Shown one piece after another: positions 51,500 through 64,000 of a stretch of 64,000 nucleotides of DNA. The notes beneath the pieces were generated by a model. It saw only the letters and a program-made list of their open reading frames with translations. It had not been told where the DNA came from and ran no database searches. Each line of letters starts with the position of its first letter. Position 1 is the first letter of the stretch. Where the stretch lies: NCBI RefSeq assembly GCF_036321535.1, contig NC_087437.1, forward strand, positions 40,116,001 through 40,180,000. The letters are read 5' to 3'. This DNA is from Camelus dromedarius. Lineage: Eukaryota. The translations under genes and the position numbers were made by a program.

Positions 51500-52639
51500 C
51501 TTCTTTACCCGTTATATTCCTTCAAAAGACGTAATCTTGTTAGAAATTTGCAGTACCTTGGGAACTTGAATTTCAGCAGGGGTGTTATTTTATTTCGTCA
51601 CCAAATAATTTTATTGACGGCTTGCACGTAAAAGTGCTTCATGCTTTTAAAAAAAGTTTTTGCAATCAACTAACAACCTGATACTGAAAAAGTAATGTAA
51701 TGTGCAGCCTAGTAAGTAATCAAGGGTAATCAAATACCGTGCAACAACTGGTAAGCCCTGTCGCCCCTTGAACATTCTTTGTATTACAAGTCATTTGGTT
51801 TCCACTAATTTTCCCCTTTAGATTGCAGATTTCGCTAAACTTCAGAGACGATGTTTTATGCTTTTTCTATATACATGGTGTCCAACATCTGGAGAGACTT
51901 TTAAATATTTCTGAATTAATAAATTACCTAAAAGGGTTCTGACAAAAATAAAAGTGGAATCAGAAATAAAATTTTACTCATAAAGATGTAATCAATAAAG
52001 AACCAGCGTCAAATTTTTCCTTTTAATCCTAAAGGCTATAGTTTCATTCACAAATACAATTCTTACCTCCAAGAAAGAAGTTATAAGGAGAGCAAACAGA
52101 ATCTGGTTAGAAAAGAAAATCTCAGGAGAGACAAGAATAAATTCAACTTTAGACTGTCCGTTAAAATAAAGTTGCGAGTAAATTTCCTATTGTCTTGACA
52201 CAACTTTTAACGAGAAAAACATGTTTAAGTTTTAGTTTTCTTAGATTTATGATGTTCGCAGGTAGTAGGAAAGAATCCACCCTAACATTTCAGCATGACT
52301 TATCTCACTGTTTCTGTGTCTTTTTATATTAGGCAGATAACTGGCACCCCTTTCCCTCATTGTACAAAATCTGAATTCGATGTCAATAATTGTACTAAAA
52401 TTTTTCTAGTCCAGACGCAGGAAAACCTTTTCCGGTGTAAAGCCCACCTTTCTCCATGCGCATGCCCAGTGTGCCCTACTGCTTTGCTCTGCTGTCGGGC
52501 ATCTCAGACTTCTAGCACCAGGTAAGGGTATCCCGGAAACTGGGCTCCAGGTGGCTAACGCAAACAAAACCCAGGGGGCCCCAAGAGCTTTGGAGTACGT
52601 AAACTAAAAATGGGTGATCACTCTCAGCTCAAAAATCCC

Positions 52640-53590
52640 CATGGCGGAAAGCCCGAGTACACAAAGCAGCTGTTCCCACCCTTGAAGCCTCAAGGAAGGG
52701 GAGGATGATGGAGGAAGACAAGCAACTAACTACAAGCCCCAGCATGCAATGCGCAGTTTCTCCTCCAGGAAAGAGGCCCGCCGCGCAGCGCGGCCCAGGC
52801 TCGGTCCTGGAGGGCAAAGAGTGAGATGCTGACTGCCAACCGGAATGCTCAGAATGAAGACAGGAGGGACGCTGTGAGCGAGCCCTTAGGTCTCGTATCC
52901 AAGAAGCTCCCTGTTTCCGGGGACCCTTGGCATGGTAGGGAGCGGGATCTATGTCGCCAGCCCGTTCCCCCAGGCAGGTGTCGGACCTCCACGGTCCTAG
53001 AGCCTGTGGTGTTGCCACTGAACACCTAGAGCCGGATGTGACGTCGACGTGGAGAAAGCAGGGAGAGGCGGAGCGTGGCGAGGTGACGTCCTTCCAAGAT
53101 GGCGGAGAGAGAGTGAAGAAACCGTGTCTCTCTTTGGGTTGCTATAGGTGAGTTCTGGCTTCGCCCCCAGTATGCCATCCCCGCTCTCACCAGACCCTAG
53201 GACATTGGAGGGCAGGCTCCTTCGAGTTCCAGCTCAGGTCGGAGCGAAGGTGTTAACGCGGAAAGCTTGGGCGAGGCAGCCCTGGTGTTGGCCTTGGCCA
53301 CAACCTCTGCTGTGGGAATTCGCGGGAGTGGGAGCTGGGCGAAGGTCAGGGAGGCAGAAGCCAGCAGAGGCCGGCTTTCGTTGTCACTCTCCGATTCCAC
53401 CCCGGGTGGGTAGGGTAGAAGGAAGGGGGTGTGGCCTTCTCGGGGCGAGTGGCCAAACCTTTGACAACTGCTGGCCCTGCTTATTCTCCGCCCCCTCGGC
53501 ACCCGCCTTGGGTTTTGAAGCAACTGTGAGCACCGCGGAAGCTAACAGGTTCCAAAGATTTAAGGGCAGTTTAAAAGAACGCGTACCGTG
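52640..53590 (+). promoter_or_regulatory. MYNN CpG-island promoter with ZNF143/SBS, ETS, CRE-like and YY1 motifs
   Basis: ACTACAAGCCCCAGCATGC (52729-52747, ZNF143 SBS-like), CCGGATGT (53032-53039, ETS), TGACGTC (53039-53045 and 53084-53090), CAAGATGGCGG (53095-53105, YY1). Confidence 0.8.
53050..53147 (+). other. MYNN: MYNN non-coding exon 1 (start approximate)
   Basis: Consensus donor AG|GTGAGT at 53147/53148 just downstream of the promoter motifs; the next acceptor (ttttgttttctag, 53993) precedes the ATG exon. TSS not determinable from sequence. Confidence 0.7.
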
Positions 53591-54024
53591 TTCTTTTTCC
53601 CATTTGTCCCAAGGAATCACTTCTTAGTGGTTTATTGAATTTTCTTCCTGTTATGTGTGTGCCTAGTGAACTTGAAAGTCTAATGCAAAAGCGTGGAATT
53701 TTGTGTTGCTTTTTTTTTTCACCTAGTGGAATGTTTTCACTGGATCGCTGTTTATTGACGTATTCAAAGGATTGTGTTAGTTGACCAAGGTGAAATAAAA
53801 GCTAGAAAGGAATTTATTCCTTCAGCATTTTAACCATATCTGTATGATAAAAATTTTATGGGGGCATAAAGTGAGAACAGACTTTCTTCTTGTTGGTGTT
53901 ATGTCTCATGTCCCTTCTCCACTCACCAACTGATTGGGTGAAGAGTGATGAAAATTTAGGATTACTTATTTACTATTCCTTTTTGTTTTCTAGAACAAGG
54001 GTAAAATTCGATTCTGATCTCAAA

Positions 54025-54290
54025 ATGCAGTATTCGCACCACTGTGAGCACCTTTTAGAGAGACTGAACAAACAACGGGAAGCAGGTTTTCTTTGTGACT
54101 GCACCATAGTGATCGGGGAATTCCAGTTTAAGGCTCATAGGAATGTGCTTGCCTCGTTTAGTGAGTATTTTGGTGCGATCTACAGAAGCACTTCTGAGAA
54201 CAATGTCTTTCTTGATCAGAGTCAGGTGAAGGCTGATGGATTTCAAAAACTGTTGGAGTTTATATACACAGGAACTTTAAATCTTGACAG
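54025..54290 (+). CDS. MYNN: Myoneurin, first coding exon (BTB/POZ); exon starts at 53994
   Basis: AAAATG MQYSHHCEHLLERLNKQREAGFLCDCTIVIGEFQFKAHRNVLASFSEYF BTB domain; donor AG|GTAAAG. Confidence 0.97.
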
Positions 54291-55989
54291 GTAAAGTACA
54301 CATTTTATTTCTACTTATAAAAGCTGGTCAATGGTCTTTAGAGCTAAAGCAGATTTGAATTTTTTTTTATTCAGTCCTTGAAGTCTTGAGACTTCAAATA
54401 TTGTGCACAATGTTGTTTCTAATAAAGAAGTTGGTATCACTAATTTGGGATAAACAGACTAAATTTCATAAGCACAAAAGAAAAGTATAGATGTTAATAC
54501 AACTAGAGCATTGTTTTTGACACGTTTGATTTATCTACTGAAACAAACTCTGACTTCAGTTATGTAAACTTAAAGGTCAGAATACAATGGATTTTAAGTG
54601 AATTTCAGTTTACCTTTGCTTTTTGGTCTTTATATTCCTCTGGTTTTCTCTCTCCCAAACTCTGTGCTTGGAGTGGGGAGGTGTAGGTGGAGAAAGAAGG
54701 AAGAACCTCTAAGTTCATTTAATAGTGCTCCCATTACCAGCCATAAATAGCAATATGCAGGACCTCTTCTTGATCTTGTTTCAGAAAAGTAACTTCATTG
54801 GAGTATTAATGGCAGTGACTCTTGTTATCTCTGTAAAAGCTATCAGTACTAATGCTTAAGTTGGGTCCAAGATGCTAAAATGCTTCTCTAAGATGCTTAA
54901 TGCTACCACTGCACTGACAAGAAGAATCTGATACGCAGGCACTGTTTGTCTCTCAAACATGATAAACTATATAATTAGTTTAATACCAATATATTTACTG
55001 GTTGTTGGGGGAAAGGTGGTGGGGATAAAAGGAAAGAGAAACCAATTAAATTACTCCTGTCTTCTTTTCTCCATCTTTTATGAAAGTGTAAACATGAACA
55101 GATCATCATCTGACCTAGAAAGATTATGGGCTTTAGAATTAGATCTTGCCTATCAGTCAGTATGTCTCTTTGAGCAAGATACAGCTTCTCTAAGCCTCCT
55201 TTTCTTTATCTGTAAAAATAAGATGATAATAACTACATTAGTTGTTACTGTGAAGATTAAAGATGTACTTGAAGGCCTGCCTCTCAGTGAACATTAGTTT
55301 CTTTCCTTCATTTCCTCTTCTCTATCCTACTCTCCAAGCCCTTTAATTCCACATTTCTTAGAGATGAGGAAAACAAAAAACAAAAGAAACACCCAAAATT
55401 CTGCCACCCACTCTTAACACTTTGTGGATATGTTTACATTGCAGCTTAGCATGGAAATATACTTCTTTTAAAAGCTGGAATAGAGATATTCCTTAATCCT
55501 TTTGAAAAGGAAATACTCATGTTAAAGTATTTTTAAATTTTGGTGTAATGAAATCTTTGAGTCAGCTCTGTATAGGGGTTGATTAAAGGAACAAAGCAGT
55601 GTCATAGATTTATGTTACAGGACAAATTAAATTGAATATTTGTCTATACAAGTGCCTTTGATCTAAAAATTTAGAATTTATAATGTAAAATAATCAAAAC
55701 CAGTGAATTTCGGTTGATTGTCAATTTAGTGGTTTCCCTTTCTCATTTAACTTTGCCAGAAAAATCTTGAATTGATTTGAACACACTGAAAAGCACCTTA
55801 CTTTGATCCTTCAAGCAAAGAATTGATGTGAAGAAGAGCCAGATGTTTTGCTCAATCTTTTTTTAAACATATCTTTCTTGGGGAGCTGGGGAGTTAATTG
55901 TTTGAGCCCAGCGGCAAATGTAAGAGAAGACGTATACCAAAAATAGAAAGTCTGTACAACTTATGTTTAAGAAAACAGAATAATAGAGA

Positions 55990-56200
55990 ATTAACTGGAC
56001 TCAGGAGCCAGAGTACCTTGGTCAAATCTTAGTTCTAACACTCTGTAATCTTGGGCAAGTTACTTAGTTTCTTTGGACCCCTGATCCTTCATTTGTATTT
56101 CATTAGTGTGTAAAATGGAGATTATAATAGATTTCATAGGCATGTCCTAAGGATTAAATGAACTACTCATATAAAGGACTTGGCCATAAACTTAACAATA
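55990..56200 (+). mobile_element. MIR SINE in MYNN intron 2
   Basis: ctgtaatcttgggcaagttacttagtttct..tgtaaaatggagattataatag..ggattaaatga. Confidence 0.75.
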
Positions 56201-57419
56201 TGTAATTAAAATGACTTCCAATGACTTCGGAAGGTGAAAGCAAGTTTGTAAGCATTATAACTTTATGCTTGTAAGCAAAAGCAGATAAGTTGCTGACATA
56301 AACAAATGGTGATTGATTCTCTTAACTGAGATTATGGGCTATCTATGAAATAGGTAAATTGTATGAATAGCTGTCACTACTGAACAATTAGTGCATGACT
56401 CAGTATTAGTTTGTATTGTTTGGTCTTAAAGCTACCTCATCTTATTGGTAGTTCCTTTTATGGAGCACTAAGCACAATTATAATTTGAGACCTAAATATA
56501 GTAAGTGATAGAGTAAATGTGGTTTTCATTCTATTACTATTTCTCATTTATTGTAATTTAATAGATAATGTAACAAAATTAATAAAAATGCTTAAGAAGA
56601 AACAATGTTTTTAGAGAGTGACAGTGCTATATACATGCAAAAAACATTTTGTATGAAAGATAAATAAGGTTGTTTTTATGTTTGGGGCATTGGTGCAATA
56701 CCTTTGCAAATAGAGTTAACTTGATTACAAAATCATGCGTTATTTGCTCCAGAATTAAAGCCAGAGGCCATAAGAAAAGAGTATTTTAAGTAATGTTTTT
56801 TTAGCTAAGGGAGTCTATTTGCAAACAGAATGTTTTCCAAAAGTTTATTTGTAGTATGTTTAGGAACTTAGGATGTATTTTCCCAGAGAACAAAATGTTC
56901 CCCAAAACTGGTGATTAGGTTTCCAAACTAGCCTACAAAATCTACTTAATTTTCCCAAAGAATTAAATAATATTTGGGGAAAATGGCAAATAGGAAGGTA
57001 TGTGTTTGTGTATGTGCGTGTGTTATATCCATCCTCAAATAATTAAAAGGGCATATTTTTAATGTTAATACCAACTCAGCTCTCTGACTTTATAGCTAAG
57101 AAAATTGAAAGGTGGAAGATGCTGATTTACCCTAGTTAATCCCGATAGTAATCCAGAGCCAGTGCTAGAATAATTGAACAACCTTTCAGTACATTGTAAA
57201 ATTATAGAGGGCAGAGACTATTTGATATTTCTAAATATTCCTTTCAGGAACACGTATGGTAGTTGTTCAGTAAATATTGACTGCAATGTTGAACAGGGTG
57301 ATCAGAATTTTTCTGCATGACTCTAAAGTGACAGACTCTCTAGCTAATGTGGTTTGAGTATCACACCACACAGAAAAGTTGGGAGTGTTGCTAGAGAGCT
57401 TAGTGCATTCTAAAACCTT

Positions 57420-57580
57420 GTTTCTTCGAGTGTGATCGATGGACTAGCAGCATTGGCATCACCGGGAATTGTGTTAGAAATGCAGATGCACAGGCCCCAG
57501 TACAGACATATTGAATCTGAATCTACATTTAATAAGATCCCTGGGTGATTCACATGCACAGGTAAGTTTGAGAAGCACAG
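57420..57580. mobile_element. MER5-type hAT-Charlie DNA transposon
   Basis: gcagcattggcatcacc..gttagaaatgcagat..caggcccc..gaatctgaatctacatttaataagatccctgggtgattc..aagtttgagaagcac. A similar antisense copy lies at ~4015-4170. Confidence 0.8.
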
Positions 57581-58004
57581 TTAAAGTCCCTCACAGGGGA
57601 GCAAGGAAGATAATAGTTTTTTTAGACTCTTCCTGTTGCTAGTCCAGAAAAGTCTGCTATCTGAAGAGGCCTCAGGATAAATGGGAAGAGGCAGTAAGTT
57701 GCCAACAGCTACTTTTGTGTTCCAGGTGTTTTTTAAAACAGGCAGAAATTTTAACACTTTATATTTTCCTGGTTATACTTATGAATAATCATTACTTTGT
57801 ATCTTTTCAAGTTCTGTAAACTGGAGACTTAACGCCAAACAGTCTGAATGAATGAATAAATTTTATAAATTTGTTCTCTTAGGCCTTTTTCATCATTCTG
57901 CTTCATTAGACCTTTAAAAAACATTGAAATATTTCTGTAGCTCTGTTTCAGAAACGTCTTTTTCTTTGATTAGAATATTGTCACTTAGCCTTGTTTCCTT
58001 ACAG

Positions 58005-58795
58005 TTGGAATGTTAAAGAAATCCATCAGGCTGCTGACTATCTCAAAGTGGAAGAGGTGGTCACTAAATGTAAAATAAAGATGGAAGATTTTGCTTTTAT
58101 TGCTAATCCCTCTTCTACAGAGATACCTAGTATTACTGGAAACATTGAACTGAATCAACAGACTTGCCTCCTTACTCTGCGAGATTATAACAGTCGGGAG
58201 AAATCAGAAGTGTCTACAGATTTAGTTCAGGCAAATCCTAAACAAGGGGCATTAGCAAAGAAGTCGTCTCAAACTAAAAAGAAGAAGAAGGGCTTCAACT
58301 CTCAGAAAACAGGGCAGAACAAAACAGTGCAATATCCCAGTGACATTTTAGAGAATGCATCTGTTGAATTATTTCTAGATGCAAATAAATTCTCCACCCC
58401 TGTAATAGAACAAGTTGCACAAAGAAATAATTCAGAACTCGAGTTGACATCAGTTGTGGAAAATACTTTTCCAGCACAAGACATTGTGCAAACTGTTACA
58501 GTGAAACGGAAACGTGGAAAATCACAGCCAAACTGTGCTCTGAAAGAACACTCTATGTCTAATATAGCCAGTGTCAAGAACTCTTATGAGCTGGAGAGCT
58601 CTGGGGAAGAGCTGGATCAGAGGTATTCTAAGGCCAAGCCAATGTGTAACACATGTGGGAAAGTGTTTTCAGAAGCCAGCAGCTTGAGAAGGCATATGAG
58701 AATACACAAAGGAGTCAAACCTTATGTCTGCCACTTGTGTGGAAAGGCATTTACCCAATGTAACCAGCTGAAAACGCATGTAAGAACTCATACAG
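58005..58795 (+). CDS. MYNN: Myoneurin exon 3 (end of BTB, linker with basic NLS-like motifs, zinc fingers 1-2)
   Basis: Acceptor tttccttacag|[21 protein letters not shown] and KRKRGK; CNTC..H..H and CHLC..H..H fingers; donor G|GTAAG; phase consistent (791 nt). Confidence 0.97.
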
Positions 58796-58974
58796 GTAAG
58801 ACTGGATTGTGGTAGGTGTGATTGTTTTTATGTTGTGACTGAAATATTTTTATAGACATAGTAATATACATTGTTGACTATTTGTGACCAAAATTTGGAA
58901 TACACTTGTGTTCATAAAATCATTGAGCAGGTTAGACTTGAAAATGTGTCCAGTTGTGACCACATATTTAATGG

Positions 58975-59066
58975 TTTTTTGTTTGGTTGTTACTGGGGTA
59001 CTGGGACTGAACCCAGGACCTCGTGCACGCTAAGCATGCGCTCTACCACTGAGCTATACCCTCCCT
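58975..59066 (-). mobile_element. tRNA-derived SINE, Vic-1-like, in MYNN intron 3
   Basis: Reverse complement GGGAGGGTATAGCTCAGTGGTAGAGCGCATGCTTAGCGTGCACGAGGTCCTGGGTTCAGTCCCAGTAC (A box, B box, tRNA-Ala-like head). Confidence 0.88.
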
Positions 59067-59618
59067 TCCAGTAGCTGTTTGTCTCATTGTAACTGATACT
59101 CTGAAGTCCCAGTGCATGAGTTCTTTAAGAATCATTTTCTCTCATAGTTAAAATAAGCATAAACTTAGTTTTAGCTTGCTAAGTATTTAACAAATATATT
59201 AAAATCGATAAAGAGAAATGTAATTACAACCCAGTCTGATTCTCAGATTTTGCCAGCTCATCTCACCACCTGCTTCCTAGACTTTGTTGACTTCTGAATG
59301 TTAATTATATATACATTCCTTCCTCAGCCTCTAGATTTACCTTTATTGGTACACTTAGATTTGTACTTTATAAGATGCAATATGTATTTCTCATTGATCA
59401 CCTTTTATGAACTGAGAAACACTAATTTCTTCTTAACTCTACTGCTGTTTTCAGTAGTCAGTATGGAAGAAGATCCTATTTGCTTTTTTACTTCTAGCAG
59501 TTAACATTTTCTGAATACTGAAACTAGTATTGTTGATGGACTCTTGAAAGCGTATATGGCTTAAGCAACTAAGACAGTATTTCCTTCTAAATATAAATTT
59601 TATTTACTTTTCTTTTAG

Positions 59619-59778
59619 GTGAGAAGCCATACAAATGTGAACTGTGTGATAAAGGATTTGCTCAGAAATGCCAGCTAGTCTTCCATAGTCGCATGCATCA
59701 TGGTGAGGAAAAACCCTATAAATGTGATGTATGCAATTTACAATTTGCAACTTCTAGCAATCTCAAGATTCATGCAAG
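59619..59778 (+). CDS. MYNN: Myoneurin exon 4 (zinc fingers 3-4)
   Basis: tcttttag|GT GAG AAG CCA: EKPYKCELCDKGFAQKCQLVFHSRMHHGEEKPYKCDVCNLQFATSSNLKIHA; donor AG|GTAAAA; 160 nt. Confidence 0.96.
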
Positions 59779-59899
59779 GTAAAATTTAAAAACAAAAAAA
59801 TAAATGTTTGATCTTTGAGTCTGTTATTCACTATAGTCCTAAAGTAGACTATTGTATTAGAATTCAGGACAGTTCTAATTTTGGACCATCACACAGTAT

Positions 59900-61400
59900 T
59901 CTTAGCACAGTCAGGGAACCACAAGGGAGCCGTGGTGGCTGGCGGGGAATAAGTGAGGGAGGGAAGTAAGATCAGAATGCTGTTAGGGTGTCCAGACGGT
60001 GAAGGTTTTATAGGCCTTTATAAAGCTTTTACTCTTGAGAATAAGAAATAAGTGATATGATCTTGCTTGCATTTTTAAAAGGATCACTCTGGCTGCTATA
60101 TTAGGAAAAGATTATAGGATTGCATGAATGGAAACACAGTTATCAGTTAGGAAGCTGTAGATAAAACCCAAGTGAGAGTGATAATGGTTCAGGTCAGAGA
60201 GAGCAGTGGGAGAGATAAGTACTAGTCAGATTCTGGACATATTGTAAAGTTTCAACAAACAGAATTTGCTGCACACTGGATGTGGGATATGAAAGGAAAA
60301 AGGAAGGGTAGAATTAAAAATGATTGAGGTTTTTGAGCCTGAGCATCTGAAAAGATGGAATTACCGTTAACTGAAATGAAGATTTGTGAATAGAGCAGTG
60401 TAAGTGGGAGTACAGGAGTTTAGAGTAGAGTTCTGATCATGTTAAATTTGAGATGACTATTAGACATCTGAGTGGAAACATATAATAGACAGTTGGAAGT
60501 CAGGGGTCTGCTTTGAGCTGAAGATACAAATCTGGGAGTCGTCAGCATATAGATAGTATTTAAAGGCATAAGTTGGATAAGGTCACCAAGAGAATGAAGG
60601 TGAGTAGAAAAGAGATCAAAGGATGGAGTCATGAGGTGCACTAACTTTAAGAGTTCTGGGAAATGGGCAAGAACCAGCAGAAGCGACAAGGAAGGAGCAG
60701 GCAATGTAGGAACAAACTAGGAGATTGGGCTGCCTTGAAATCAGGTGGAGGAAATGATTTCAGAAAGGGGTGATCAGCTATGTCAAATTCTGATGATAGG
60801 GAGATTAAGACTGAGAATCAACTACTGGATTTGGCAAAGTGAGAGGTCAGCGGTGCTCTTAACAAAAGTAGTGTTAGCAGAGGCTAGTTAGAGAAGAGAT
60901 GAGCAGAGAAGAAATTAAAGTAGAACCATTGGAGACTCAGGATGTAACTAAAGGGGAGCAGAAAAATAGAGGAGCAAGTAAGATTCAGGGGTCTTTTTTT
61001 TTCCTTTAAGGTGGGACATCAGTATATTTGTATACTGTGATCCAGAGGGGTGGGGAAAGTGGATGATGTAGGATGGAGGGAAAAAATGCAAGAGCAATAT
61101 CATCGAATAGGCAAGGGGAATAGTATCTTACATATACAAATGGGAGTAGTTGGATTCAGATGTCGTTCTCATACTAGACTTAAGAAAAGTAAATGTGAAG
61201 ATACAGATGCCTATAAGTGGAGATTTGTGGTGGTAGAAATTTTATTCTGATTGCTTCAATTTTCTCAGTGAAACAGGAAGCAAGGACATCAGCTGAGAGT
61301 GAGGATGGGTGAGGAGGTGCTGGAGGTTTGAGGAAAGAGTTTTGAAGAGTGAGTGAATGGACAAGCAAAAATGATTGCCTACAGAATTATAGGTGCACTT
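59900..61400 (-). mobile_element. L2 fragment in MYNN intron 4
   Basis: aaggatcactctggctgct; catgttaaatttgagatg..tattagacatctgagtgga; tgatcagctatgtcaaat. Confidence 0.8.
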
Positions 61401-61588
61401 GACTACCATATAAAGATGATGGCAAACTTTGAAGTAATCTCAGAACTAATATTTTGATAACAACCAAAACATTTAGTCTTAGCAGTACACATTAAACTCT
61501 TGATTTTAAATACATATAAGATGAAATGAAATATGAAATAAAATACTGCATGAAAAATTGTATGAAAAATGTTTGCTATATAGAGTGA

Positions 61589-62029
<441 letters not shown>

Positions 62030-62674
62030 TGAAATTATTTATCTTGTAACTTTGTACATTAAAATCAGATAATTTTGACAGTATATAAACTTGAGACATT
62101 TTTTATGACCTTAGAGAAACTCCTTAGGCTCTTATATCTTCATTTCCCTTCGATAAAACTGTAAAGTTAAGGGGTTGGGGTGGTTTTGGGTAGAACATTG
62201 ATTTAATAACTTCTTAGGACTTTTTCTACACAGACATTCTAAGATTTGCAAATTAAACAGATACTTCAAACCCAAAGTATCAATTTTGAAGCAAAATCTG
62301 TTGTTCAAATATTTTCATTTTCTGTAGGGTAATTTTTTAATAGATCTTTCCTAAATGATTTTATTCCACTTTAATAATCTTGTAGATAGCACGAATTGAA
62401 ATACAGATTGTTTAATTTTCATGTTTTTAATTATATAAAAATCAGACTTCTTGCCCAGCTCTAGTCTACTAGAAGGATACTTACAGAAGTAAAGTTTTAA
62501 TATATGAAAAGCATCAGGTTACATGAGCAATGTAAAATAATTACTAATGTTCCTTTAAGTTGGATCACACTGAAAATACCTCTGAAGTACAATATAAAGA
62601 GGTTTTAATTTAAATAATATTCTACAACAGCTTACTTTAGATTATTGTACTTGATAAATATTATATTGGTATAG

Positions 62675-62896
<222 letters not shown>

Positions 62897-63826
62897 TAGC
62901 GATAGCAATATTTTAATGTATAAATATCAACTTTTTATTTTGTTTTTTAGTTGTTGGGAGTGTGAATTAAATTTGATCAAGAATTGTGTAGATTTTCTAA
63001 GAAATGTGCCTGATAATCAGTAGTTTTTAAATGACTTGGATTAAATTGCACAGATATACCAAAAAATGAAAAGGAATAGATAATACCAAGATAGTATCAG
63101 ATTTTCTTATTAAACCGTGTTCACTGTGCAAGTTTTAGGAATACATTTTTATATCGACATGTTTATTATAAAAGGTAGTATGTAAGTAGTATGAAGAAAA
63201 TAAATGTACAAAAGTGTTTAAAACAAAGGAAAATGCCACTTTGAAAATATACTGTTTTCTTTCTAAAAATTATATTTTATAATTCCTATCTGGTGTAGTG
63301 TGAACACCTAGTAGACAGTTAATAAATTTATTGGCAACTCTATATTCTCATACTCCTCAGTTTTCATTGTAAAGCATTGAACAGTTCTTATTTCAAAAGA
63401 ATTATAATTTTGTAGTATTTTTATTCTGTATTTTTAAAGGATTTTCTAATTTGTAAGTTGCCTGAGAGCAGAAACCATAATCATGAATTTTTTTCCCCCA
63501 GCTACATCTCTTAGCCAGAGTCTGGCATATAACTGGCACTCAATAAATGTCTGATAGAAATACAGAGTAAGTTACATCTTCAGTTTGAAATTTCTGTTAA
63601 TGAAAATGTGTGATTTTTTTCAAGAAATAGGGATGCTTTGTATGAAGGAGTGCCTATGTGTATACAAGTTTTCATTTCACTGTATTAGAACCAAGAGATT
63701 AAGATAGTAATTTGAACTAAATTTAAACAGTATAATAATGTTTGTATTGTGTTCGTCAACATTGGTATTTTTGTCTTAGCAGCTTCTGAAATACTGAGAT
63801 TTTAAATTTTTTAACTTGTTTTTCAG

Positions 63827-63913
63827 GAGAAAGACCATTTATCTGCGAATTATGTGGAAATTCTTACACAGATATTAAAAATTTAAAGAAGCACAAGACT
63901 AAAGTCCATTCTG
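63827..63913 (+). CDS. MYNN: Myoneurin exon 7 (zinc finger 8); gene continues beyond the window
   Basis: tttttcag|GA GAA AGA CCA: ERPFICELCGNSYTDIKNLKKHKTKVHS; donor G|GTAAAT; 87 nt; no stop reached. Confidence 0.94.
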
Positions 63914-64000
63914 GTAAATGCTTGTGTGTTTTTAAAATTTGATACTCTTATATTTGTGCTATTCCTTAAAATGTTGAGATGTACAACAGTTTAAATTTAA

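Noticed and set aside
53890..54024. N-terminal extension of the MYNN ORF in the ORF track
   Set aside because: Starts at a non-ATG codon in intron sequence upstream of the acceptor at 53993; the true start is ATG 54025. The same applies to the tracked starts at 57991, 61745 and 49226.
7105..59066. All five Vic-1-like SINEs are on the minus strand (possible hidden plus-strand transcript)
   Set aside because: Five copies are too few to exclude chance, and one is simply antisense in a MYNN intron.

Overview
Mammalian genomic DNA, most likely a camelid: it carries five copies of a tRNA-Ala-derived SINE resembling the camelid Vic-1 family. The first ~44 kb is gene-free and repeat-rich (L1, L2, MIR, MaLR/ERVL LTRs, MER82, MER5). 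The last 20 kb holds the conserved TERC-ACTRT3-tRNA-Val(AAC)-MYNN cluster, syntenic with human 3q26. It contains the telomerase RNA gene TERC (minus, ~44749-45188, invisible in the ORF track), two-exon ACTRT3 (minus, 372 aa), an intact tRNA-Val-AAC, and MYNN exons 1-7 (BTB + 8 C2H2 fingers; last exon outside the window). I see no wholly new gene system. The best second-look items are: a young non-SINE ~150-bp polyadenylated retro-insertion with a perfect 18-bp TSD (14140-14356); truncation of the TERC-encoded 'TERP' ORF at 24 codons; an extra telomere-complementary base at the TERC template edge; an 18-bp palindromic CGCG/BANP element in the TERC promoter; tandem CTCF-like motifs 3' of TERC; a (GGC)8 tract abutting the ACTRT3 ATG; a strong-Kozak uORF in MYNN exon 1; and a twin-primed inverted L1. 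Old-repeat boundaries and family names are by-eye estimates.
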